From: Clostridia bacterium
Lineage (GTDB): Bacteria; Bacillota; Clostridia; Oscillospirales; CAG-272
Length of the DNA: 64,000 nt
Assembly: GCA_017508605.1 (NCBI GenBank)
Contig: JAFVYN010000034.1
Coordinates: 47-64,046, forward strand
Direction: 5' to 3'
In this document: one piece after another, positions 34,654 to 42,484 of the stretch
Numbering within the stretch: position 1 is the stretch's first letter
Layout of the letters: every line of letters starts with the position of its first letter
Made by a program: the position numbers and the translations under genes
The notes under the pieces: model-generated
Databases searched by the model: none
The model's input: only the letters and a program-made list of their open reading frames with translations
What the model was told of the DNA's origin: nothing

Positions 34654-35604
34654 TTAGCCGAATACCGCCACGGGACGGTCGGGTCTTTTGGTATATACGA
34701 TCTTGGCATCCTTTAAAACGGGACCCTTGCCCTGATACAAAGGACTTGCCTCGATCACGACCTTGGCGGTGATCTTGACCCACATGCCGGTCTTCAGATC
34801 CTTTGCCATCGGGGTCTTGACCGCGAAGCCGCGGTAGGAGATATCATCGGCGCAGCAGATCATCATCTGTCTGCCGATAGCAACGGTATCCTTCGGGAAA
34901 TTGTCATCCTTTACGCAAATACCGGTAAAGGAGACCGTCTTTCCCTGATATTTCAGAAGCTCTTCCGACATATCACGGTAGAAATACGCAAAATCGTCAT
35001 CGCCGACCGTGACAACGGGCGCGTTGATATCAAAGGGCAAGGGATCCTCGATCTCATCGGGCTCGATCGTGCCGTCGGTATATTCATACACGATACGCGC
35101 CGAACGAGAGACGCCGCGTACCGCCTTGTGATAGGTCATAACGTCGGCATCGGGTGACACACGGTTGAAGATCACGGGATCCGCACTCTGCAATTTGTCA
35201 ACCACAAGTTGCCTCATATTGGCATTATATTCCGTGAAGGTCGAGCCGTCAACGAACATGACCTCCTGATAGACCAGCCAGTGCTTGGGCATTACACGGT
35301 AGAGATTGTCAAGAAGCCACATACCGTTATACTCCAGCATCACACGGTCTGCGCCATGCTTTTTCTCAAGCGCCTCAAGATACTCCGCCGTCAGAAGCTC
35401 AGGAGAATCAACCGTCTCAAGAAAGACCTTGTCCGAGGGGTAGACCGAGGGATCAAGCTCCTCTTCCCCCTCCTCGCAGAGAATGACAAGCGTGGTTTCG
35501 CCCTGATAAAAGCCTTCATCCGAAAGCGTTTCCTGTAAAAAGGTGGTTTTACCCGATTCCAGAAAACCGGTGATCAGATATACGGGAATTTCTTTTTTTG
35601 CCAT
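34654..35604 (-). CDS. CobW/G3E-family P-loop GTPase-like protein with a C-terminal Cys-motif domain (..MMICCADD..)
   Basis: P-loop GFLESGKTT. The N-domain resembles CobW. The C-terminal ~110 aa (VSFTGICVKDD..AIGRQMMICCADDISYRGFAVK..WVKITAKV) resembles, from memory, the C-terminal domain of DUF1980/TIGR03943 proteins (low certainty). Confidence 0.65.
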   Translation of the reverse strand: MAKKEIPVYLITGFLESGKTTFLQETLSDEGFYQGETTLVILCEEGEEELDPSVYPSDKVFLETVDSPELLTAEYLEALEKKHGADRVMLEYNGMWLLDNLYRVMPKHWLVYQEVMFVDGSTFTEYNANMRQLVVDKLQSADPVIFNRVSPDADVMTYHKAVRGVSRSARIVYEYTDGTIEPDEIEDPLPFDINAPVVTVGDDDFAYFYRDMSEELLKYQGKTVSFTGICVKDDNFPKDTVAIGRQMMICCADDISYRGFAVKTPMAKDLKTGMWVKITAKVVIEASPLYQGKGPVLKDAKIVYTKRPDRPVAVFG

Positions 35605-35620
35605 AACGTCCTCCCCTCGC

Positions 35621-36787
35621 TCAGATGCCGAAGAGCGTCTTCAGCTTGGTTTCATCGATCTTCGAGCCGATCACACAAAGTCTGCCGATGATACCCGCCT
35701 TGCCGCGGCGGATGTCAGGCTCGCCGGGAACGTAGTCGAAATGGATCCACTCGCCACCGTCAGCCGAAGCCACGATACCCTTGGCGCGAAGCACCATGCC
35801 GTATGCATGTTCGTCCTCAAGCGCCTCTAAGATCTCGCGAAGGCCGTCCTCGGTAAAGGGATGCGCGGTCTCAAAACCGCAGCTTGTAAAGACCTCGTCC
35901 GCGTGATGATGGTGGTGGTGATGTCCGCAGCCGCACTCCTCTCCATCCTCATGATGGTGATGATGTCCGTAGCCGCACTCCTCGCCATCCTCATGATGGT
36001 GGTGATGGCCGCAACCGCATTCCTCTCCATCCTCATGGTGGTGTTGATGTCCGCAACCGCACTCCTCGCCGTCCTCATGGTGGTGATGGTGTCCGCAACC
36101 GCATTCTTCGCCATCCTCATGATGGTGGTGATGTCCGTGATGGCGGTGATGCTCTTCCAGTGCCGCAAGCTCCTCGGTAAGAGTTGAGCGCTTTTCCATC
36201 GCGGCAAGAATATCCTCGCCCGAAAGCAGGTCCCAATCGGTCGAAACCAGTACGGCATCAGGATTATGCTCACGCACAAGCGCAATCGAAACCGCAAGCT
36301 TGGCTTCCGAAAGACCGTTCACGTGGCTGAAAATGATCGCGCCTGCCGACTCGATCTGATCGTTAAAGAACTCACCGAAATTCTTCATATACATCTTGCA
36401 CTTCTTGGCATCCACAACCGCGACCGTGCCGTTCAGAAGAAGACGCTCATCGTGAAGACCTTCCACCGCGCGGATGATATCGGAAAGCTTGCCGACACCG
36501 GACGGCTCAATGATAATGCGGTCAGGGGTATAGGTCTCGATGACCTCGGAAAGCGCTTTGCCGAAATCACCGACAAGAGAGCAACAGATACAGCCCGAGT
36601 TCATCTCGTTGACCGTAATACCCGCATCGGCAAGAAAACCGCCGTCAATACCGATCTCGCCGAATTCATTCTCAATGAGAACGACCTTTTCGCCCGCGTA
36701 GATCTCCTTAATGAGCTTCTTGATCAGCGTGGTCTTACCCGCGCCCAAAAAACCGGAAAAAATGTCAACCTTGATCTGTTTTGTCAT
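35621..36787 (-). CDS. CobW-family metallochaperone GTPase with an internal His/Cys/Glu-rich repeat array
   Basis: P-loop GFLGAGKTT, the CxCC motif (SGCICCS) and the CobW C-domain are present. Residues 213-295 read HHRHHG(HHHHHEDGEECGCG)x5 HHHHHHH. Confidence 0.88.
   Translation of the reverse strand: MTKQIKVDIFSGFLGAGKTTLIKKLIKEIYAGEKVVLIENEFGEIGIDGGFLADAGITVNEMNSGCICCSLVGDFGKALSEVIETYTPDRIIIEPSGVGKLSDIIRAVEGLHDERLLLNGTVAVVDAKKCKMYMKNFGEFFNDQIESAGAIIFSHVNGLSEAKLAVSIALVREHNPDAVLVSTDWDLLSGEDILAAMEKRSTLTEELAALEEHHRHHGHHHHHEDGEECGCGHHHHHEDGEECGCGHQHHHEDGEECGCGHHHHHEDGEECGYGHHHHHEDGEECGCGHHHHHHHADEVFTSCGFETAHPFTEDGLREILEALEDEHAYGMVLRAKGIVASADGGEWIHFDYVPGEPDIRRGKAGIIGRLCVIGSKIDETKLKTLFGI
35903..36151 (-). 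repeat. Five tandem 42-bp in-frame repeats encoding HHHHHEDGEECG(C/Y)G
   Basis: The near-identical unit ...GTGATGTCCGCARCCGCAYTCCTCKCCRTCCTCATGRTGGTG... is read directly in the sequence. Confidence 0.9.
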
Positions 36788-36864
36788 AATAAACCTCTTT
36801 ATAATGATATAAAATAAACCGTTTTATCTGTAAGGATGCCAAGGAGCCATCCTTCACCAATTAC

Positions 36865-36893
36865 AGTATACCACAACTCATCTCGCTTGTCAA
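36865..36893 (-). promoter_or_regulatory. Sigma-A-type promoter for the CobW GTPase operon (TTGACA-17-TATACT)
   Basis: Reverse strand reads TTGACA (36893-36888), a 17-nt spacer, then TATACT (36870-36865). A near-palindrome ATAAACCGTTTTAT lies in the leader at ~36816-36829. Confidence 0.5.
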
Positions 36894-37008
36894 ACAAAAT
36901 CGGGAATTTCTTGAAAAATAGTCCAAAGCACCCGAATGCCCCGAAACGGATAGCCTTTCTACTGTTTTCTCATAGCTTGCGTGCATTCAGACCTATCGCT
37001 CCCCGACC

Positions 37009-37037
37009 TTGACAAGCATCGATAAATCTGCTACACT
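37009..37037 (+). promoter_or_regulatory. Sigma-A-type promoter for the TIR-Sel1/TPR gene (TTGACA-17-TACACT)
   Basis: TTGACA at 37009-37014, a 17-nt spacer, then TACACT at 37032-37037. RBS GGAGG at 37055-37059. Confidence 0.55.
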
Positions 37038-37064
37038 GTACGTATCACCCCATCGGAGGTATTT

Positions 37065-39254
37065 ATGTCATCTTTTTCCTATAAGACCCGCGGCAATTCC
37101 TCGCCCCAGGGCAAATCAAAGGTCTATTTCGCTTGCCATCCCGAGGATCTCCACCTTTTCGAAGCCATTTCCGACGATATCCTACGCGAGGTCAACTGCG
37201 CCGTGTTTTATCACAACTCCCCCATCGAAAACGAGAAAGAGCATCTCCGCGACCTTTCAGAGATGAACGTAATCGTCATCCCCATCACCACGAAATTTCT
37301 CACCACCCCCTCTGCCGCGCGCGATATTGAAATTCCCTTCTCCCAACAAAAGCATATCCCCGTTCTTCCCTTGATGCAGGAGCCGGGGCTTGTTGACGTT
37401 TTCAACAAGGTCTTGGGTGACATCCAGTTTCTCGATAAGAGTGCCCGCGACGATACCGCCATCTCCTACGAGGAAAAATTCAAGAACTTCCTCACCTCGA
37501 TTCTCGTCGGGGACGAGCTTGCCGAAGAGATCCGCAATGCTTTTGACGCCTACATCTTCCTCTCTTACCGCAAGAAAGACCGCGCCTACGCCCAGGAGCT
37601 GATGCGCCTCATCCACGAAAACGATTTCTGCCGTGATGTCGCGATCTGGTACGATGAATTCCTCATCCCCGGCGAAAACTTCAATAATACCATCGCCGAC
37701 GCCCTTCAAAAAAGCAAGCTCTTCGCCCTTGCCGTCACACCAAACCTTCTGGAAGACCCCAACTACGTCATGACCACCGAATACCCGATGGCAAAGAACG
37801 CGGGCAAGGAGATCCTTGCCGCCGAGCTTGTTCCGACCGACAAGGAGGCGCTCGCAAACGCCTATCCCGATCTTCCGCGCACCGTCAATACCGCCGATCC
37901 CGAAAGCCTTTGCGACGGTCTTCGCGATGCTTTTCAGTGGGTCATGCTGCGTGATCACGATGATGACCCCAAACACAACTACTTCATCGGTCTTGCATAC
38001 CTCTCGGGTATCGACGTTGAAAAGAACCCCGAGCGCGCCCTCTCCATGCTCACCTTCGCCGCCGCATCGGGGCTTCCCGAAGCCTGTGAAAAGCTCGTTT
38101 CGATGTATAAAACCGGAGAAGGCGTCAAGCGAGACTACGAAACGGCGATCCGTTGGCAAGAAAAACTCGTCGGGATCCGTGAAGACCTCTTTCAGAAGAA
38201 CAAAAACGAGGACACCGCAGGAGACTGTCTCAGCGCAAGATCCAATCTCGCCGATTGCTATGAGGCGGTTTCGGATTATACCAAAGCCAAAGCCTCCGTT
38301 CTTGAGCTTCTGGTATGGATCGACACCATAGAGGACACCGTCAGCGACACCTTCCTCGACCGTAACCGCGCTTCTCTTTACGGAAAACTCGGATATTACA
38401 GTCAACATACGGGCGATATCGAAGGAGCAAACCGCTATTATGATGCCATGAAGCATCACAGCGAGCGTCTTCAGAAAAGCAGCGAGATGGAATCCGAGAG
38501 GATCCGTGACTTTTCACTTGCGTGGCTTGAAGAGGCGCGAAACGGGGAGGAATTTTCTCTGCCCGACGAGATCTGGAACGATCTTGCGGCACTCTTTCTC
38601 TCGTCCGCCGACGATTACCGCATCTACGCACGCCGCGAGCTGGCACAGTGCTATACCGCCCTCGGACTCACCGCGCTGGAAGAAAGCGACACCGAAACCG
38701 CCGCGCATTACTTTACGGAGGCACTCTTAATCACCGAAGAGATCGCCGACCGCTTCACCGATGCGCATTCCCAAAAAGCCGATCTTATCCGTGAGATCGC
38801 CATTCTTCACTGCTATCTCGGTGATATCGACAAGCTCAAAGCACGCTATGACGAAGCCTACGGGCGTTTTGAGAAAGCGAACGCGCTCTTTCTGACACTC
38901 GCCTCGGGGCAGGAGCTTCCTTACGATATCGCGACGGTATGGCACCGTATGGCGGGTATTCACGAAAAAAAAGGAGAGTACGATGCGGCGCTTGACTTAA
39001 AGCTTCGCTCTCTTTCCTTAGCACAGGACTGCGCCGAGAAGACCGGTACGGTACAGGCATACGAAACCCTTGCGGCATCACACGGAACACTTGCTTTTCT
39101 CTGTCGGGATCTCGGCAAGACCGAACAGGCGCGCTTTCACGCAATGGCTTCTCAGGAGATCATCGAAACCTGTCTGTCAAACCGACATGAGCTGCCGCCC
39201 GCTGTCAAAAGCTTTTACGATGCCATCCGCCGACTGGTCGATTCCCTGACGTAA
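37065..39254 (+). CDS. Tandem TIR-like domain protein with Sel1 and TPR repeats (729 aa, cytoplasmic)
   Basis: Domain 1 (aa ~18-105) reads KVYFACHPEDL...VIVIPITTKFLTTPSAARDIEIPF. Domain 2 (aa ~161-255) reads AYIFLSYRKKDRAYAQELMRLI..VAIWYDEFLIPGENF..SKLFALAVTPNLLEDPNYVMTTEYPMA. Sel1-type units read YFIGLAYLSGIDVEKNPERALSMLTFAAASGLPEACEKLVSMYKTGEGVKRDYETAIRWQEKL. About 350 aa of TPR-like helices follow. Confidence 0.8.
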   Translation: MSSFSYKTRGNSSPQGKSKVYFACHPEDLHLFEAISDDILREVNCAVFYHNSPIENEKEHLRDLSEMNVIVIPITTKFLTTPSAARDIEIPFSQQKHIPVLPLMQEPGLVDVFNKVLGDIQFLDKSARDDTAISYEEKFKNFLTSILVGDELAEEIRNAFDAYIFLSYRKKDRAYAQELMRLIHENDFCRDVAIWYDEFLIPGENFNNTIADALQKSKLFALAVTPNLLEDPNYVMTTEYPMAKNAGKEILAAELVPTDKEALANAYPDLPRTVNTADPESLCDGLRDAFQWVMLRDHDDDPKHNYFIGLAYLSGIDVEKNPERALSMLTFAAASGLPEACEKLVSMYKTGEGVKRDYETAIRWQEKLVGIREDLFQKNKNEDTAGDCLSARSNLADCYEAVSDYTKAKASVLELLVWIDTIEDTVSDTFLDRNRASLYGKLGYYSQHTGDIEGANRYYDAMKHHSERLQKSSEMESERIRDFSLAWLEEARNGEEFSLPDEIWNDLAALFLSSADDYRIYARRELAQCYTALGLTALEESDTETAAHYFTEALLITEEIADRFTDAHSQKADLIREIAILHCYLGDIDKLKARYDEAYGRFEKANALFLTLASGQELPYDIATVWHRMAGIHEKKGEYDAALDLKLRSLSLAQDCAEKTGTVQAYETLAASHGTLAFLCRDLGKTEQARFHAMASQEIIETCLSNRHELPPAVKSFYDAIRRLVDSLT

Positions 39255-39257
39255 AAC

Positions 39258-39295
39258 ATCCCCATCCGCAAGTTTTCAAGCTTACGGATGGGGAT
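39258..39295. terminator. Terminator hairpin between convergent genes
   Basis: ATCCCCATCCG-(16 nt)-CGGATGGGGAT, with AAAA upstream and a T-rich stretch downstream. Confidence 0.6.
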
Positions 39296-39298
39296 ACT

Positions 39299-39508
39299 TT
39301 ATTTGAAAAATCTCTTCAGCCTGTGGCGGAAGCGGAGCATATAGGTGAGTGTCAGACGCTTGATGAGAATATCAAAGAGCCAGAAGGAAAGATTGGCGAT
39401 CACGTAATAGAAAACGAGAAGCCAGCCCGCAAGATCCTCGACGCCGAACAGAAAGCGCGCGAGGAGAAGGGCTGCCGTCAGAGCGGCGTTGAAATAGACA
39501 AGCTTCAA
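39299..39508 (-). CDS. Small integral membrane protein
   Basis: 69 aa with two hydrophobic helices and a basic C-terminus. It begins 6 nt after the preceding ORF. Confidence 0.4.
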   Translation of the reverse strand: MKLVYFNAALTAALLLARFLFGVEDLAGWLLVFYYVIANLSFWLFDILIKRLTLTYMLRFRHRLKRFFK

Positions 39509-39514
39509 TAAAAC

Positions 39515-39814
39515 CTAAACAAGCCTTGGGGTTTTATCAAAAAAGCGCTTGATCAAGGGATACAGCCCCGTGAACACAAGATAGACCGCCGCAATGAATT
39601 TGCTGGGCAACAAGAGAAGGGAGAGAAAGGAGGTGGCGGCATAGATCATAAAGCCGTACCGATCCCCAAGCTCGATCATAGCGAGCAGTAGGATGGCGGA
39701 GGCAAACATCGAGATCGTGAGATCGGCAACCTCAAAGAGCGAGGCGAGTGACAGAATCGCCACGCTGAGCGCCGTAAACAGCGCTGAATAGGTGATCTTT
39801 TTCGTGGGCTTCAT
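39515..39814 (-). CDS. Small integral membrane protein (3 predicted TM helices)
   Basis: 99 aa. It starts 7 nt after the J-protein stop, suggesting co-transcription. Confidence 0.5.
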   Translation of the reverse strand: MKPTKKITYSALFTALSVAILSLASLFEVADLTISMFASAILLLAMIELGDRYGFMIYAATSFLSLLLLPSKFIAAVYLVFTGLYPLIKRFFDKTPRLV

Positions 39815-39821
39815 ACAACCC

Positions 39822-40427
39822 TCAGCAGCAACGGATCAGATCGCCGCCCATACATTCACAGCAGCAGTCGGCACAGATCAGCCCCGAGCAGATATCACAA
39901 TCCGAGCATCCGCCCGAACGGTGACGGGAATAGCTGTCACTGCGCATATTGGCAGTCGCCATGCGCATGCTTTCGAGCGCCTCACGGTATTCGCGGTTGT
40001 TCGGGTCTTCACGGCAAGCCGATTCCAGCATCCGCATGGCATCGAGATACCGTCCCATGCGCATAAAGAGGACGCCCTTCAAAAAGAGCCATTCGGCGCC
40101 CCTCTCGTTGTAGGGAATGCCCTCAAGCAGACGGTCTGCCTCGGAAATGCGGTTCTGATTCAGCATCACGCGGACCGTGGCGTAAATACTGTCCCCATTG
40201 TCATCGCGCGTTTCGGATGCTCCCTGATAGCCCTCTTCCCGCCACCGCTTCACGGTCTCATACGCCTGGTTGATCTCTTTCATCTTTTCGGCATAGGCAT
40301 CGCGCATTGTCTCATCCTGACAGTTGTCGGGATGATAGCGCCTTGCGAGATCGTGGTATGCCTTCCTGATCTCGGCATCGGTCGCATTCGGCGATACGCC
40401 AAGAATGTCATAAGGCTGATAGGTCAT
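39822..40427 (-). CDS. J-domain protein with a TPR-like middle and a C-terminal cysteine string
   Basis: J-domain YDILGVSPNATDAEIRKAYHDLARRYHPD (HPD present). The last 28 aa, GGCSDCDICSGLICADCCCECMGGDLIRCC, contain 10 Cys. Confidence 0.85.
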   Translation of the reverse strand: MTYQPYDILGVSPNATDAEIRKAYHDLARRYHPDNCQDETMRDAYAEKMKEINQAYETVKRWREEGYQGASETRDDNGDSIYATVRVMLNQNRISEADRLLEGIPYNERGAEWLFLKGVLFMRMGRYLDAMRMLESACREDPNNREYREALESMRMATANMRSDSYSRHRSGGCSDCDICSGLICADCCCECMGGDLIRCC

Positions 40428-41317
40428 AAGTCCTCCTTCCGGTTTTCCCGTAACAGTTCGACACGTTTTTTCTGATAAATGATCTCCCGCGATACGTCGG
40501 GAAGACCCAGCCGCAGAAGATTGTCAAGGATCTCATAGATCCCCCGATCCTTCACCGAAAGTCCGTCAAGCGTCCGTGACGCCTCGACCATTTCAAGATC
40601 AAGCGCCGTCACGAGCCGATGGCAGAACGCTTCGTCCTCAAGATCCTCGCCGCTTAAAACAAGGGGATTGTAGCGCCCCTTCTTTCGATCCTCCACACGG
40701 TCGGCGTAGGCATCGAGAATATAAATAAAGCGTCCCACACGGTAGCCGATCTCATACAAGGCAGCCTTCACTTCATCGGACAGGATATGTCCCCCGTCAT
40801 AGCAAAAGACCTCGCCGAGAAGCGCGCCGAAGCATGCCGCCCCTTCATACACGTCCTGAGAGCCGTTTGCCTCGCAGGTCGAGAGCTGCGAAAGCTTTTC
40901 ACTCACCGTTTTCGCAAGCGCGGGAATGGGCGCGTGCTTCATCGCCTTATCAGCACCCCTTGCCATCAGCCTTGCGCAAAGCCGACGGATTCCCCGCTCA
41001 TCCGATATGTCATCGCGCAGCTTTTCATATAAAAGGATCGCCGAAACGCTTGCGGTATAGCGAAGGCTTTCGGAGGCGTCGACCGTCAGACAACCCTTCA
41101 GGGGGTGAATGGGACAGCGTTTTTTCTGAAAGCACGCCCTCTCGCCCGTTACTCCCAGTCGGATCAGGGCAAGAAGCACCATGTCATAGCTGAGCGAATA
41201 GCGAAGCCGACGGGAGAGCTTTTTCTGATGGTGACACAGCCCACAGTAGACCGCGCGGTAAAACTCGTATTCCTTTACACGCAGATCGCCCCTTCGCACC
41301 TTCACGTAGCCGAACAC
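40424..41317 (-). CDS. DUF5685-like protein (recognised from memory of the FGYV...YCGLC N-terminus)
   Basis: Probable GTG start at 41317 (..GGGGTGAAGATT GTG TTC GGC TAC GTG..), giving VFGYVKVRRGDLRVKEYEFYRAVYCGLCHHQKKLS. It overlaps the J-protein start by 4 nt (ATGA). The track start at 41398 adds 27 aa. Confidence 0.55.
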   Translation of the reverse strand: MFGYVKVRRGDLRVKEYEFYRAVYCGLCHHQKKLSRRLRYSLSYDMVLLALIRLGVTGERACFQKKRCPIHPLKGCLTVDASESLRYTASVSAILLYEKLRDDISDERGIRRLCARLMARGADKAMKHAPIPALAKTVSEKLSQLSTCEANGSQDVYEGAACFGALLGEVFCYDGGHILSDEVKAALYEIGYRVGRFIYILDAYADRVEDRKKGRYNPLVLSGEDLEDEAFCHRLVTALDLEMVEASRTLDGLSVKDRGIYEILDNLLRLGLPDVSREIIYQKKRVELLRENRKEDL

Positions 41318-41489
41318 AATCTTCACCCCATTTTCGCCCGAATTCTTGACAAGACATAAAAAATTTGTTATACTGAATGTAGTATGCGGTACTGTCACCG
41401 TATACCGAATTTTCTATAGTGTAACATAAAGTTGTGTCCAAGTTTTGTCCGTATCGTGAACAAAACGTGAACACGAAAAAGGAGTACCC

Positions 41490-42197
41490 ATGCCCAAGCT
41501 CTATATGGCGGGTCTTGTCATGGACGTTTGTCACGACAACCCGATCCTGAATCGGCAGATCGCCGATTATCTCACCGACAAGGACCCCGATTTCACCGTC
41601 GACCTTGATCGCTCCTATATCGAAAAAGAGATCGAGGAGGAGGTCAGAAACGATCTCGCCTTCCCACCGTCCTACAGTGAATATCTCGCCATTTACCGCT
41701 TTATTGCCACGAAGATCCTCGATTATGACGGCTTTCTGATGCACGGCTCCGCGATCGCGAAGGACGGCAGGGCTTACCTCTTCTGCGCGCCGAGCGGCAC
41801 GGGAAAAAGCACGCATACCCGTCTTTGGCGTGAGGTCTTTCCCGATACGATCATGATCAACGATGACAAGCCCATCATCCGAAAGCTTGCGGGGGAATAT
41901 CTCGCCTGCGGTACACCCTGGAGCGGCAAGCATGACCTCGACACCAATGTCTCGCTCCCCCTCAGGGGCATCGTCATCCTCGCAAGAGGAGAGAGCAACT
42001 ATATCGAGCGCGTGCGTCCCGAAACGGTGCTGGGGCTTTTGTTCAATCAGATCTTCCGCCCCTCACAGGATGAGGCGTATCTTAAGACCATCGACCTTGT
42101 CAGCGACATGCTCACAAGCGTTCCCGTATATAAGCTCTACTGCAATATGGACAAAGAGGCGGCACTCGTCGCCGAGAAGACCCTGTCAAACAACTGA
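41490..42197 (+). CDS. HPr-kinase-like (HprK-related) P-loop protein
   Basis: RBS AAAGGAG. FLMHGSAIAKDGRAYLFCAPSGTGKSTHTRLW resembles the HprK C-terminal kinase core and its Walker-A-like loop. Confidence 0.55.
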   Translation: MPKLYMAGLVMDVCHDNPILNRQIADYLTDKDPDFTVDLDRSYIEKEIEEEVRNDLAFPPSYSEYLAIYRFIATKILDYDGFLMHGSAIAKDGRAYLFCAPSGTGKSTHTRLWREVFPDTIMINDDKPIIRKLAGEYLACGTPWSGKHDLDTNVSLPLRGIVILARGESNYIERVRPETVLGLLFNQIFRPSQDEAYLKTIDLVSDMLTSVPVYKLYCNMDKEAALVAEKTLSNN

Positions 42198-42211
42198 AAG
42201 GAGATCTCAGT

Positions 42212-42484
42212 ATGAAGATCAAGCAAGGATTCATCTTAAGAAAATGCGGCGAGGCGGACATTGTTGTGCCGATCGGCGCCAACGTCGAAAAATACAAGAA
42301 TATCATGATCACCCTCTCGGGTACCTCCCGTATGCTCTGGGAGCAGCTCGTCAAGGGCTGTGACGAGGAAGCCCTCGTTACCCTGCTCCTCACCACCTTT
42401 GAGGATGCGCCCGAGGACGTTGTCAGAGCCGACGTCTCGAGATTTCTGAAAACACTTGCCAAGGCAGGACTTCTCGATGAGTGA
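42212..42484 (+). CDS. PqqD-family protein (RiPP recognition element-like)
   Basis: 90 aa. The pattern GFILRKCGEADIVVPIG...ITLSGTSRMLWEQLVKGCDEEALVTLLLTTFEDAPEDVVRADVSRFLKTLAKAGLL is typical of PqqD/RRE proteins. Confidence 0.65.
   Translation: MKIKQGFILRKCGEADIVVPIGANVEKYKNIMITLSGTSRMLWEQLVKGCDEEALVTLLLTTFEDAPEDVVRADVSRFLKTLAKAGLLDE

Noticed and set aside
39299-39814. The two small membrane ORFs (99 aa and 69 aa) considered as one frameshifted gene.
   Set aside because: The upstream ORF ends at a clean stop, and a new ATG follows 6 nt later. I could not recognise a family spanning both. I kept them as two genes at modest confidence.
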